Shown here piece by piece: positions 27,755 through 37,812 of a stretch of 64,000 nucleotides of DNA. The DNA is from a virus. The translations under genes and the position numbers were made by a program. The notes under the pieces were generated by a model. The model did no database searches and was not told the DNA's origin. It saw nothing but the letters and a program-made list of their open reading frames with translations. The number at the start of each line of letters is the position of its first letter. Position 1 is the first letter of the stretch. The DNA lies in the IMG/VR virus record IMGVR_UViG_3300025009_000088, positions 4,714 to 68,713 of that record; one strand, written 5' to 3'.

Positions 27755-28933
27755 TTACCCGATCTGAGTGCAAGCCGTCACCAAATTTCCTGAATATGAC
27801 CCGAACTGATACAGCGACTGGGCGCACAGCGCCTTTACAATCAGGGCTGTTTTCTTCCATAATTCGAAGGCTATAGCCGTACATCCTGGAGCCAAGTCGA
27901 TCATGCTCAGCGGAATCTGCGTGGAGCGATACACCAGAGGTTCGCCGTTGTGGGTCATGCGCAGGGCGTACACGTTTGACAGGAACGTACCCGACGCACC
28001 TGCGGTACGGGTGAAGTTGCTGTCTGCAACCACCTGCAAGCGACCAATTCCAGTGTTGACAAACCCACCGAAGTTGAAGCCTGGGGTGATGCGGTTGCCG
28101 TCAACGGAGTTCACAACCTGTGAGCCAGCAAATCCAAGCTGGAAATATGCGGACATGATTTCCTGGATTGCGGCGGGATGCCCAAAGATGGCGGTTGGCT
28201 TCGCGCAGGATTCGGCAAGGAACCTGTCGAAGGTCTGTGCAGAGAACGTACCGGAGGCAGACTGACCAGTGATGACGTTGGAGTGAGAGCCACTTGCGGA
28301 AGTCACCCAATTTTCGATGCCGTCAAACTCCAGCGGACGGGTGGCAACATCGCCAACGGCAAGCAGACGATCTTCGCCATTCAGAACGAGGGTCATTCCG
28401 AGGCGCATTTCCTTCTCTTTCAGAGAGGCGATTGCTTCGCGTCCGAAGGTTGCGATGTCTTTCGCGCCGGGCATACCCTGTCCTGCGGCATATCCACCAA
28501 GCAGAGCTTCGATGCCGCTTCCGCCAGCAATGACTGCGGCAGAGTGCATGATGTCCGAGATGGTCAGGGATTTCTTTGCACCGAGGTTTTTCAGGTCAAC
28601 GGTCTGGTTTACGCCATCATGCGAATACTCTTCTGGGCAAGCGCCGTCTGTGAAGGCGACGTAAGCAGAACCAGAAGTAAACGCAAGCGAGGTCATCTCG
28701 CGCCAGGTTTCAGACTTCAAGCCAGTCCGAATTTCAGGAATGGCCTGCAACAGAGTAACCTCTTCGCAGAGAGTTAGAATCTCGGTTGGGTCAAGCGGAG
28801 TAGGGAACTGCGCGGCGAAATCGCCGGGCGTTGAAACGTCGGTAACTACGGGGTCGGTTCGACGGGCAACAAATGCCTCGTTGGTCGACGGATTGAGAAC
28901 TTTTTCGCCCTCAATAGGATTTACAGCGGTCAT
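27755..28933 (-). CDS. Major capsid protein
   Basis: 392 aa, follows protease/scaffold; 'LEFDGI' motif; followed by terminator. Confidence 0.8.
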   Translation of the reverse strand: MTAVNPIEGEKVLNPSTNEAFVARRTDPVVTDVSTPGDFAAQFPTPLDPTEILTLCEEVTLLQAIPEIRTGLKSETWREMTSLAFTSGSAYVAFTDGACPEEYSHDGVNQTVDLKNLGAKKSLTISDIMHSAAVIAGGSGIEALLGGYAAGQGMPGAKDIATFGREAIASLKEKEMRLGMTLVLNGEDRLLAVGDVATRPLEFDGIENWVTSASGSHSNVITGQSASGTFSAQTFDRFLAESCAKPTAIFGHPAAIQEIMSAYFQLGFAGSQVVNSVDGNRITPGFNFGGFVNTGIGRLQVVADSNFTRTAGASGTFLSNVYALRMTHNGEPLVYRSTQIPLSMIDLAPGCTAIAFELWKKTALIVKALCAQSLYQFGSYSGNLVTACTQIG

Positions 28934-28988
28934 GTTAATTCTCCAAGGAATTGCACGCCGCCAACTAAGTTGGCTTTACCGAGTTTTC

Positions 28989-30716
28989 TTAGCGGTCTAG
29001 TCCAACAGACTTTCGTGCGATTGCTTTCAGCGAACCCGGCTTTGGAGCTTCCTCTACCTGGGCTTTGATTACCGAGGATTGGAAAGTTCTTGGTTGCGGG
29101 ATTCTCGATTTCACCTCAACACCTCTTGCGGCGTTCTGCGATTTCAAGATTCCAACATCGCTTGCCAGAGTTGCGATTGCTTCGCTCATCGGCTGGATCA
29201 GACTCTTTAATTCTCCTAGTAAAGTGTTGTCATCTTTATTTTCTGTGGGAACAGGTTTTTCTTCTACCTGAGATTTTGACATAACGTAGGCCGTTATGCT
29301 TTCTCCAAGTTTTTGCAGGGCAGGGTTGAGTGACGCAAGTTTTTCGGTGGTATCTGCCTTCATCTGGAGTGAATTATCAACTCCATCAAGCAGGTCGTCA
29401 ATGGCAGGTTTTAGTTCGTGCGGCTCTTCGATGACGCTAAACGCAACCATCGCTTTTGCGGCAAGCACTTTGCTGAACTCCGAAATCGCACCGTCCACCG
29501 CTTCTTTTTTGCTTGGAACATCGTTGCGAGAGAAGATATTCCAAACAACGTCCGATAGGATAGACCACGCATCCATGACGAAGATTGTTTCTTTCTTTGC
29601 GGCAACGAAGTTTTCGGCTTCCTTCATGCTGACCGCACCACCAAGAGGAAGACGTGCTTCCGCAGGGGCTTCGCTTTCGGTTTTGACAGTATCCTCAACA
29701 ATCGCAACGCTCTCTTCAACAACAGGCGCAGGAGTTTCTTCGGTTGGTTTTTCTTCGACTTTCGGCAACTCCGCTTCTTCTGCACTTGCGACCAATTCCG
29801 CTGTCTCTTCAACGGTTTCTGACATTTCAACCAAGACATCGGACTTCTGAACGGACACGCGCTGTTTGGCATCAATCTCTTCTGCAATGGTTTTTCCAAC
29901 AATGCTTTCAGCGTCTTCTTTGCGGGTGGGAATTTTCTTAGCCATAGATTTCTCCTCAAGAACCATTTCGGTTCGTGTGTTAACTGGTACTCTGGTCAAT
30001 GCCAAATGAACCAAATAACCTTTGACATAAATCTTGTCTTTTACACCGTGTAAACAGTCTGAACAATAGGAATACGCGCCATCCCTTACCCAGACCGCTC
30101 CATCTTCGCCATGCTTGTGCGCAAGATCAAGGAATCCAATTGAGATTCTTATTTTGTCATCGGTATTTCTGTTTTTATCTTCTTTCAAACTGCGCCAAAC
30201 GCTGTGTCCGATTGGGGAGTCGAATAAAACTCCTTTGGCTTTGAATTTCTTCCCATCTACGAATAATTCGAGAGGCTCTCCAGGAACAGCATCGCCATTC
30301 AAATCGGAGTAATGAGATACAGATAAATAGGGAGTTCCACCGCACCAATAATCAGAGCAGACCGCAGACTTGAACTCGGCGGGAACTTCGTCTTCGTTTT
30401 CAATGTGCGAGATAAAATCTTCGTAGAGTTCGAGCGACATCTTCTCGCCGTACAGGTCTGGTTCAATATCAGAGTTGGTTGCCGCCCAACGCATGACACC
30501 ATTGCTCAAAGACGCTTTGGTGATGTGCATAGAAGCAAAAGCAATCGCATCGGACTTCTTGTTCCATCCGTCTTGGTCTTTTTTCCAACCGCCATCCTTT
30601 ACGCCAGCCCAAGATTTCTGCGCGGCTACCTCTTTCGAGTCTCCATTTGCGACAGACTCGTTATAGATTTTCTCCCAGAGTTTCTTCCCCTCTCCGCCTA
30701 ATTTTCCGGTTGCCAT
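28989..30716 (-). CDS. ChaB-like domain + prohead protease + scaffold fusion
   Basis: N-terminal 'W..IYN....A...SWAGVK..W.K..DGW' (ChaB-like); 'DLYGE.MS', 'H', 'ISIGF', 'HLALTRVPVN' protease motifs; acidic Glu/Pro-rich scaffold; TAATG-coupled start at 30716. Confidence 0.75.
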   Translation of the reverse strand: MATGKLGGEGKKLWEKIYNESVANGDSKEVAAQKSWAGVKDGGWKKDQDGWNKKSDAIAFASMHITKASLSNGVMRWAATNSDIEPDLYGEKMSLELYEDFISHIENEDEVPAEFKSAVCSDYWCGGTPYLSVSHYSDLNGDAVPGEPLELFVDGKKFKAKGVLFDSPIGHSVWRSLKEDKNRNTDDKIRISIGFLDLAHKHGEDGAVWVRDGAYSYCSDCLHGVKDKIYVKGYLVHLALTRVPVNTRTEMVLEEKSMAKKIPTRKEDAESIVGKTIAEEIDAKQRVSVQKSDVLVEMSETVEETAELVASAEEAELPKVEEKPTEETPAPVVEESVAIVEDTVKTESEAPAEARLPLGGAVSMKEAENFVAAKKETIFVMDAWSILSDVVWNIFSRNDVPSKKEAVDGAISEFSKVLAAKAMVAFSVIEEPHELKPAIDDLLDGVDNSLQMKADTTEKLASLNPALQKLGESITAYVMSKSQVEEKPVPTENKDDNTLLGELKSLIQPMSEAIATLASDVGILKSQNAARGVEVKSRIPQPRTFQSSVIKAQVEEAPKPGSLKAIARKSVGLDR

Positions 30717-31012
30717 TAGATCACCACTACCGAGAACTTTTCCTTCCATCCAATTGAAATCAGGTGCATCGTGAATGATGTTACGCAACCTGTGACAATT
30801 TCAGAAAGGACGGGAACATATATATATACATCTTCAAAAAGATTTATGTGCAGAAAAGCCGCAAGCACAAAATAAATCCAGCAACCCAAACATAAATCGC
30901 AACTAAACAACTTCCGAACAAACACGAAACTTGAGTTGCGGAGGTAGGGGAAGCCCATTCCAAGAAAAATTAGGAGCTTCCCTACCGCCGCATACAAGAA
31001 GAAATTCAGCAC
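30716..31012 (-). CDS. DUF1360-like small membrane protein
   Basis: Hydrophobic with 'LFSCDLCLGCW'. Confidence 0.55.
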   Translation of the reverse strand: MLNFFLYAAVGKLLIFLGMGFPYLRNSSFVFVRKLFSCDLCLGCWIYFVLAAFLHINLFEDVYIYVPVLSEIVTGCVTSFTMHLISIGWKEKFSVVVI

Positions 31013-31269
31013 TACTTACCAATATCCTTGAGCGTCTGTTTGCTGGCGGTCTTTGGCGCATCTTCCTTTTGCAAGACAAGCATGACCTTGTAGCCTAGCG
31101 CGCCGCCGCTATCACTCCTCACTTCTCCGAGGTAGTGGGTTGCGAGAACATTGAAGCCCTGTGAAAGATACTTGTACTCAAGTTCTTCCTCGAATGTGTC
31201 CATCGGGACGATCCCAAGGGCGGCATTTGGCGCTCCAACAGCACGCATGAATAACTTAATCGTTTGCAT
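31012..31269 (-). CDS. Hypothetical protein
   Basis: Coupled ORF between portal and protease. Confidence 0.6.
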   Translation of the reverse strand: MQTIKLFMRAVGAPNAALGIVPMDTFEEELEYKYLSQGFNVLATHYLGEVRSDSGGALGYKVMLVLQKEDAPKTASKQTLKDIGK

Positions 31270-33262
31270 GGTTTCCTATTTCCTTTTCTACAAATTTTAT
31301 GCCACTTTGATAAGCGACATTCATAACGGAGGGAAGATTTCGCAACACTTCTGTGCTCACTTCCCTAGATACACGAATATTATTACTTACTGTCTCTGTC
31401 GCGTCAACACCGAAATCAGACGATAATTTAGATTTTAGGTGCAGAGCGCAGAGACGTGCAACGCAATCGGCAAACGAAACACCCACTTCTTCTGCCAATT
31501 TTTCTTCGTCTAGCGTAAAGTCATCATCATCAGGAATTTCTCCAACCTCCTCTGCTTCCAATACGAGATTTTCTCTTATGGAATTGCGATACAAGCAAAC
31601 ATCTGAAACAACTCTCTTTGCAATCTCTTCTGATATTTGCTCTGCCCATCCTTGAGCGCAAATTGCAACGCTCATTATCTTTACAACGTCGTCCACGACC
31701 AGCCTTAGACCTTCCTCTTCGATGTCAGATTTGCCAGTAAGGTAGTCATCTATGTACTGATTCCAAATGTCAAGTTCCTGTTCGGAGAGTTTTCCTTTTA
31801 CGTTTGAGAGAAGTTCTCCAAGAACTTCTGCGGCACTAAAGATTGCCTTCGAAACCCCAACTTCTGCGTTTGCCATGTTGCGCTGTACGATTTGCTGTGG
31901 AATTGTCTCTCCCTGTCCGCCACTGGACGGAGGAACTGGACTTCCTAGCGTTTTTGTTTTACTTCCACCGCCAGCCCCAAACGGACTGACTGGTTGCGGG
32001 AACAACTTCGTATCGTTGATGTCGATTTCTTCTGGAACCGATACCGATATAAGACCGTCTGCCAACATCTGCTGTCTCAATTCCATCGGAGCAAAGACTT
32101 TGTTTCTAACTAGAATATCGGACGCTTGCGCAGACGCTAGGCGGGCGCGACCCTTTGAAACATTTCTTTCATCATCGTAGTCGATCCACGAGAACTTTAT
32201 CACATCAGGCAGGATTTTGTTCCAATACGCTTCCAGTTTCTTTTTGGCGATTGCCTTTCCAGAGCCTTTTCCGACACGTTCCATCCGAATTGTTCCAGAT
32301 AGAGTATCGCCACTTCCCGATGATGACGGGAAGCCAATGTCCGAAAGCGTAAGACCGTAACCAGCCGCAACGATAGCCGCATACTTAGTCGTAGTTGTGT
32401 CGTACATGATTTCGCTAGGCGGTTTACCAAACGGAATCCATTTTGCCATAGTAGTGTGTTCGTAAAGGACTGGAACTTTTAGTGGATTGACACCAAATAG
32501 CAAGTCACGCAAAGAGCGCACCCATTCTTCTGCGCTGTCTTTCTCCATGTCTCCAAGATCAAGAATTCCTGCTTCCGGTGTGTTGAGCATGAGTTGTGCA
32601 TAATAGTTATCTCCAGCGGACAACATTTCAATCGCACGCCAAATTCTTTCTGGAGGAGCAAAGCCCCAACCCTCCCTGCGAAGTTCTGTTCTTGGCGAAA
32701 GATAAACCCTGCTTACAAAATCTCTTGGAAGGTAAACTGGATTTAGTGCTGTTCCTGCGGCAGTCTGCACGATTGGAAAATCGAAGTTCAGAGTTGGGGC
32801 GAGTGTTCCGCCATCCAGCGGACGTATCCAAACAACCTTTCCTTTTGGCTCGTCGTCAAGCCTTCCAATCTCGCTTGCGAAACCAAACGGAAGGTCAAAC
32901 AAATCCTTGACCGCCATCTCGATATGAGACGAGAAATCAATGTCGTAGTAGTATGCGTTTCCACGCTCAAGCAATTTGGTATAGTATTTTATTTTTGAGC
33001 GAAGTTCGTCCCTCTGTTCGCTGTCCCTCGCGGTGATAGTCCAGTCAAGGGAGTTCAGGAAATTTGCAATTGTGTCTCTGCAAATCACCGCTACTGGTTG
33101 TTTCACTACGAACATGCGCCACATTTCCGCAGTCTGCCACGCAGGAGGATTCCAAAGAGGAACATCGCGCAAGAAATAATTGGCTAACTGTCCACCAGGA
33201 GCAGACACTTGCCCGTCTCTTTTGTCTATCTTGAGATACTGTTTAGGCTGTCGTTTTGCCAT
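31256..33262 (-). CDS. Portal protein
   Basis: Follows terminase; 'P.DGGT', 'GWGFAPPE', 'TPEAGIL', 'AAGYG....DIG' portal-like motifs. Confidence 0.8.
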   Translation of the reverse strand: MAKRQPKQYLKIDKRDGQVSAPGGQLANYFLRDVPLWNPPAWQTAEMWRMFVVKQPVAVICRDTIANFLNSLDWTITARDSEQRDELRSKIKYYTKLLERGNAYYYDIDFSSHIEMAVKDLFDLPFGFASEIGRLDDEPKGKVVWIRPLDGGTLAPTLNFDFPIVQTAAGTALNPVYLPRDFVSRVYLSPRTELRREGWGFAPPERIWRAIEMLSAGDNYYAQLMLNTPEAGILDLGDMEKDSAEEWVRSLRDLLFGVNPLKVPVLYEHTTMAKWIPFGKPPSEIMYDTTTTKYAAIVAAGYGLTLSDIGFPSSSGSGDTLSGTIRMERVGKGSGKAIAKKKLEAYWNKILPDVIKFSWIDYDDERNVSKGRARLASAQASDILVRNKVFAPMELRQQMLADGLISVSVPEEIDINDTKLFPQPVSPFGAGGGSKTKTLGSPVPPSSGGQGETIPQQIVQRNMANAEVGVSKAIFSAAEVLGELLSNVKGKLSEQELDIWNQYIDDYLTGKSDIEEEGLRLVVDDVVKIMSVAICAQGWAEQISEEIAKRVVSDVCLYRNSIRENLVLEAEEVGEIPDDDDFTLDEEKLAEEVGVSFADCVARLCALHLKSKLSSDFGVDATETVSNNIRVSREVSTEVLRNLPSVMNVAYQSGIKFVEKEIGNHAND

Positions 33263-33335
33263 TAATTTTGTCCCTTGCGGAAAGTTAAAATATTCATTAC
33301 ACCTATTTTACGCAATATCGTCTGAATTTACTATG

Positions 33336-34895
33336 CTAAGTTTCCGACTCTTCTTCCTTCTTTTCGCTCACAGAGCCAATTGCCATGAAGCCAACTTTCT
33401 TCCATTTTCTAATAGGGGCAATGTAGTGTCTCCCGCCAGTGACGGAAGTAACTCTATCATCGTGCGTTCCGCTTGGAAATACATCCAACTGCGCAAGGAA
33501 CAAATCGTTCCACAATCCTTTTATCATCCACCACTTGCCAACGGACGCTTCGCCAAACCACGTATTTGCGGCAAGAACTCTGTCTCCAAGTTTCTTCGCT
33601 TCAATGGATGTGACGTTCCATCCTGGAAGTTCTTTCTGGATATGCTCTTTTAGTTCCGCAACCTGATTTTTACCACCGGATGCTGGTTCCTGTTCAAAAC
33701 ATACCGTGACTTCTGCGCCGTCTTTTCTCGCAATGTCTACAACCATTTCTTTGATTGACTTCCAACTCCAGAAACCGCCAACCTGATCTTCGATGACGAA
33801 GTTGTCTTTATCCTTGTCGGAACCAATCAGACTTCCAACCGTTTCGTCAGGGTCGTTTTTCTTGCCAATCATCTTCTTTTCGGTTGCCGCCAAGTCCCAG
33901 AACCTAACCTGTTTCACAACCCAATCTGGAATTACATCAAGAACCTTTCCGTCAAACCAATGCCTGTCGCCAAGAGAACCGTCCTCATTGGCGTACTCTC
34001 CCTCAATCTCTTGCGCTCGAAGATAACCAGTAGGCGCAGACATGACGTAGGAAGCGTATGTTATTTCATCAAGGTTTTGCCTGTTTTCTCGCACCGTGCC
34101 GTGATAGGAAGAAATCAACTCGCGCTTTACGCCAGTTCTAACTTCAATCTCTCTTATGATAGAAACAACTTCGTCTGGAATTTCTCTCTTTTCAAAGAAC
34201 TCATAAAGCCAGTGGGTCATGCCTTTTGGAGTGGTTGTAACCCAAGCCTGTGTATCGTCTCCAATACGAACACCGAAGTTCGCAACTCGCCAGCCTAGTC
34301 CGGTTTTATCTCTTGCGCCTTCGTCGTACCAAAACCAGTTCACGTTTGGCCCGCGTGCGCTCTCTGGGTCTTTCAGTCCTTTGCAGAACATTTTCGCGCC
34401 ATTCATAAATACCATAGTGAATGGGCGGGTTACATCCCAACCGTCCGAGTTTCTATATCGTTGTTTAGGGATTACCATTCTCCAAGGAATCCACCTGCGC
34501 AACTCCTGCCACGTTGACAGGCGGAAGTTTTCAAGGTCAGGATTTACGACCATACCGCTTTTCCCCTGCATTATTTTTAGCATGGCTTTCTGTGCGCCAG
34601 CCGCCGTTTTTCCTGATCCCCTGGAGCCACGAAAACAAGAAAATCTTGATGTGTCTTTAAGAAAATTTGCCTGCTCTTCTGTCGGATTGTAGGGAGTTCC
34701 GTCGTTCTTGCAGAAATACCCATTCGCACCAATCGACCAAGTAACCTCGTTTGTGCTTTTTGGAATTTCAATATCTTCTGGAACCGGAAGACCCCTTGCC
34801 TTCATCTCCGCAACCAAGGCAATGAGTTTCCGTTTTTCAGCTACCGTTATCGTCTTCGGGGATACTATCGGCATCCTCTGCCTCTGCTTCCGCAC
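33336..34895 (-). CDS. terL: Terminase large subunit
   Basis: Walker A 'GSRGSGKT', 'RGPN..WFWYDEG', 'TTTPKG..W', nuclease 'FWDLA', 'EQEPASGGK', 'HDD'. Confidence 0.92.
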   Translation of the reverse strand: MRKQRQRMPIVSPKTITVAEKRKLIALVAEMKARGLPVPEDIEIPKSTNEVTWSIGANGYFCKNDGTPYNPTEEQANFLKDTSRFSCFRGSRGSGKTAAGAQKAMLKIMQGKSGMVVNPDLENFRLSTWQELRRWIPWRMVIPKQRYRNSDGWDVTRPFTMVFMNGAKMFCKGLKDPESARGPNVNWFWYDEGARDKTGLGWRVANFGVRIGDDTQAWVTTTPKGMTHWLYEFFEKREIPDEVVSIIREIEVRTGVKRELISSYHGTVRENRQNLDEITYASYVMSAPTGYLRAQEIEGEYANEDGSLGDRHWFDGKVLDVIPDWVVKQVRFWDLAATEKKMIGKKNDPDETVGSLIGSDKDKDNFVIEDQVGGFWSWKSIKEMVVDIARKDGAEVTVCFEQEPASGGKNQVAELKEHIQKELPGWNVTSIEAKKLGDRVLAANTWFGEASVGKWWMIKGLWNDLFLAQLDVFPSGTHDDRVTSVTGGRHYIAPIRKWKKVGFMAIGSVSEKKEEESET

Positions 34896-35376
34896 CTATT
34901 ACATTGTCGTCTTTTCCTAGAAGGCGATAGAACTCCTTCGTCAACTGGTTATCGTTCATCCTGCTTACTGCCAAAAGCAATTCGCCAGTTCCAACCAACT
35001 TGACAAGTTCTTCACTTCCGCCGAGCAACATGCGCACGGCAGACGCGGAGGAGTCGTATCCCTTTTCCTTTAGGTGGCTTGCCGCTTCGGATACCGCATC
35101 CTCCAGCATCACAATAACCCGCTTTATTGTTTCTGCTTTTTTCTCAATGGCTTCTTTTTCAAGACGCATGGACACTTCTGCGTCCAGAACGTCCGCCCGT
35201 TCATCCCACCCAAATTTTGAGCGCCAAATCTGTACCGTTGTTATCGCAGGAATATTTCCGTCATGCGACGGAGGAAGTCCGTCCGCAATGCGAAGTCTGC
35301 CCTTCCCTCTATTGCTCTGATACCAAATGAAAAAGCATTGTTCTATATAGTCTTCTGTATAATGTGGTAATTCCAT
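34837..35376 (-). CDS. Putative terminase small subunit
   Basis: HTH-like 'TVQIW...GWDER' then coiled-coil; directly upstream of terL. Confidence 0.6.
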   Translation of the reverse strand: MELPHYTEDYIEQCFFIWYQSNRGKGRLRIADGLPPSHDGNIPAITTVQIWRSKFGWDERADVLDAEVSMRLEKEAIEKKAETIKRVIVMLEDAVSEAASHLKEKGYDSSASAVRMLLGGSEELVKLVGTGELLLAVSRMNDNQLTKEFYRLLGKDDNVIGAEAEAEDADSIPEDDNGS

Positions 35377-35412
35377 ACCGATATTGTAACATAAAATCGT
35401 TAAGAATACATC

Positions 35413-35946
35413 CTATTCTCCGTCTTTATAATACAGAACCGCAGGATTTCCATAGTGCTTATGCCAAACGTGCCAAACATAATTGTGAATTGGAGATGCC
35501 TTTCTTTCCGCAGACCAATACGGGCGAAACAGAAGTTTTACCTGACAATAATAACTATCTCTGCAAAACATATCCTTTCTTGATTTTGCGTAATCAAAAT
35601 TTGAGCGCATGAGTGTCGCAAATCCATCAACTTCTCCAGCCTCCACTCTTTCAATTTGCCTCCATAATATTTTGTCAACGATATTTTTCGCGTATGGGGG
35701 ATTTGTAACGATCCAATCGGCAGAGAAATTAGAAAACGCATCTCCTACGCAATTGGTTTTCTGATCTGGTCTTAATGTGGCAATCCGATTAATAATTTCA
35801 CTTCCGCTTGGAGCGCAACAATCAACAACTGTTCCGAAAATACCAACATAAAAAAGAAGTCCGTCCACGCACCTAGTATCAACGGTTTTGTAGTCATCGT
35901 CTGGAATCCTTGCATAATTGCTTTTTACATACTGCGGTTGTTTCAT
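35413..35946 (-). CDS. Small amino-methyltransferase-like protein (NPPY)
   Basis: 'D.Y.T', 'DCCA.SG', 'IVTNPPY', 'Y.W.VW'. Confidence 0.7.
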   Translation of the reverse strand: MKQPQYVKSNYARIPDDDYKTVDTRCVDGLLFYVGIFGTVVDCCAPSGSEIINRIATLRPDQKTNCVGDAFSNFSADWIVTNPPYAKNIVDKILWRQIERVEAGEVDGFATLMRSNFDYAKSRKDMFCRDSYYCQVKLLFRPYWSAERKASPIHNYVWHVWHKHYGNPAVLYYKDGE

Positions 35947-35949
35947 TTT

Positions 35950-36246
35950 TTAGTCATCCTTATATCCTAGTTTTTCAAGAACCTTTTTTCTTTTTTCGAT
36001 TAGATAGGGAGTCGATTCCGTTGTATTCCTATGCGCCCAATCGTGGCAGGTTGGGCAAAGCGGAACTCTATTCTTCGGTTCAAGAGATTTCTTTCCGTGA
36101 GAGCGAGGAACAATCTCGTGGACAATGCGCGTGAGATTTCCGCAACGCACGCACCTGGACTTGAATATCTCTAAAATTCTATCGTGGTCAGACTCGTCCA
36201 AATTAGAAAACTCTTGGATGAACGATTTCAATTTTCCTTGCTCCAT
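35950..36246 (-). CDS. HNH endonuclease (possibly packaging-associated)
   Basis: 'CVRCG...VHEIVPRS.G.....N...LC..CH...H'. Confidence 0.8.
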   Translation of the reverse strand: MEQGKLKSFIQEFSNLDESDHDRILEIFKSRCVRCGNLTRIVHEIVPRSHGKKSLEPKNRVPLCPTCHDWAHRNTTESTPYLIEKRKKVLEKLGYKDD

Positions 36247-36617
36247 ACAAGTTTTCCGCCTTCTCCGATAGAGAACCAGGATTCAACCTTTTCCATGTAT
36301 CTCTCAAATTTTCCAGTTTCATAATAATAGGCAACGTGTGCCTTCTGTTGCAGGAACGCTTTCCACTCCTCTGCGCTTGGAATAACTCCAACACGGCGAG
36401 CCTCAAACTCCCAATCGGGTTTTGCAAGATTTGGATTTTCCAAAGCCCATTCGTAGGCGGCTCTGCAAACGCGCATATTGCTGTAGTGGCGATCTGTCTG
36501 TATGTTGATTGGAAGGTGCAGTTTTGCTTTTCCAATTCCACCATACTTGATTATCGCGTCCCACGCCATTTTCCCGTCCAGCGGTTGTTTTGAAACTTTC
36601 TTTGTTGCAATGCTCAT
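36228..36617 (-). CDS. Hypothetical protein, first gene of left arm
   Basis: AGGAG RBS and upstream promoter. Confidence 0.65.
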   Translation of the reverse strand: MSIATKKVSKQPLDGKMAWDAIIKYGGIGKAKLHLPINIQTDRHYSNMRVCRAAYEWALENPNLAKPDWEFEARRVGVIPSAEEWKAFLQQKAHVAYYYETGKFERYMEKVESWFSIGEGGKLVWSKEN

Positions 36618-36634
36618 GGTATCTCCTTTTCTAT

Positions 36635-36663
36635 ATATTACACCGAATACAACGCTCGGTCAA
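36635..36663 (-). promoter_or_regulatory. Sigma70-type leftward promoter
   Basis: TTGACC-17 nt-TAATAT on minus strand at the divergence point. Confidence 0.55.
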
Positions 36664-36773
36664 CCGAAATTTATGAGAATACGATTAGAATATGCTGTGC
36701 AGTATGAGAATGGGATTAATGTAGTCCACGAGATATTGACTTATGTATATAATTGTCGCAAGGAGAAATAAAA

Positions 36774-37094
36774 ATGAATATTGATGAGATTATCAAACTC
36801 TCTGAAAGCATAAACCCAAATGACGTGGAAGGGTCGAAAGAAACGCTGTTGCAACTCAACGAGATATTCAACAAATACGCAGAGGATGGGAAGAAAATTA
36901 TAACCGACAGGATGAGCGAAGTTGATTTTGCAAAGGCGAGGACTGCGCTCGTGTCAACGCTGGTTTCGTATCTGGTTTTGCCCAATGGCGCAAAGGGATT
37001 GGTTTCTGCCCTCTTGGAAGATTCTCTCGTGTTATACACGGATACATTCTTCACAGCCATGCTCGGATTTTTAGCGGAAAACGAAGTCCTATGA
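36774..37094 (+). CDS. Hypothetical protein, first gene of right arm
   Basis: AAGGAG RBS; TATAAT at ~36747. Confidence 0.65.
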   Translation: MNIDEIIKLSESINPNDVEGSKETLLQLNEIFNKYAEDGKKIITDRMSEVDFAKARTALVSTLVSYLVLPNGAKGLVSALLEDSLVLYTDTFFTAMLGFLAENEVL

Positions 37095-37110
37095 TTTACA
37101 CGGTGTAAAT
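37094..37110. repeat. Best copy of dispersed palindrome ATTTACAC-G-GTGTAAAT (12 copies in window)
   Basis: Other copies at 8233, 15819, 26135, 30040, 43755, 43994, 46499, 46983, 49009, 51167, 58828. Confidence 0.85.
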
Positions 37111-37812
37111 GTGAATAGCAACTCATTCGACAAGCTCAACGATTGGATCAGGGATACGGAAAATTCCTTTGTGAATTTCCTGTCTGCCTTTGCGCCTTGG
37201 CTTGCCCCTCTCATTCCGGCATACATGACATTCCAGCACGCAAAAGACACGCTGAGGTTTCCTGTCCTGTTCGCTTGGACTGGCGCGCTCGTTGTGGAAA
37301 TCCTTGGTTTCTCTGCTGTCTCTACCTATCTTTCGTTTTGGTTCTATAACAGGCGTAATAGAGCAGAAAGTAAGCGCGCACCGCAAATCTTGGTGATAGT
37401 TGCGTTTGCTTTCTATCTTGCGCTCATAATCTTCTCGAATGTGCTGTTAGACGTGTTTCCAGAAGATAAATGGGCGGAGATAGCGGTTCGTGCGCTCTTT
37501 ACTCTGCAAACAATACCCGCCGCAATGCTTGTTTCGGTAAGAACACAGCACCGAGAACTGCTTTCAGAAATAGCGAAAGAGAAGAGAAATTCACTGGAAA
37601 GTTCTCAAAATTCCCCTAAAAACGCCGAAAAGAGTTTCGGAAAGTTTCCGAAAGATTGGAGGAGCGTAGAACCAACACTTACGCACGAACAACTGGTGGA
37701 AATTGCGTCTCTAACTCCAGAAAAAATGCGGTCATGGGCTACGCAGATCGGTGTAACGGAAAAGACAATCAGCAATTGGCGACAATCCGCCAGAGAAAGG
37801 TTAGCAAGATAA
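37111..37812 (+). CDS. Membrane protein with C-terminal HTH
   Basis: Four TM helices; 'ATQIGVTEKTISNWR'. Confidence 0.7.
   Translation: MNSNSFDKLNDWIRDTENSFVNFLSAFAPWLAPLIPAYMTFQHAKDTLRFPVLFAWTGALVVEILGFSAVSTYLSFWFYNRRNRAESKRAPQILVIVAFAFYLALIIFSNVLLDVFPEDKWAEIAVRALFTLQTIPAAMLVSVRTQHRELLSEIAKEKRNSLESSQNSPKNAEKSFGKFPKDWRSVEPTLTHEQLVEIASLTPEKMRSWATQIGVTEKTISNWRQSARERLAR

Noticed and set aside
380-36134. Numerous plus-strand ORFs in the left arm (and minus-strand ORFs in the right arm)
   Set aside because: They are antisense shadows of well-supported genes, lacking RBS and motifs; only the HNH-AP2 element at 10510-10992 is credible.
36617-36774. Lysogeny switch (cI/cro) at the divergence point
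   Set aside because: Flanking ORFs show no recognisable repressor HTH or S24 peptidase, and there is no integrase in the window.
37094-37110. Canonical parS or LexA box
   Set aside because: parS has an even CACGTG centre (TGTTTCACGTGAAACA) and the Gram-positive-type LexA box is GAAC-N4-GTTC; this motif has an odd CAC-N-GTG centre and no ParB gene was seen.
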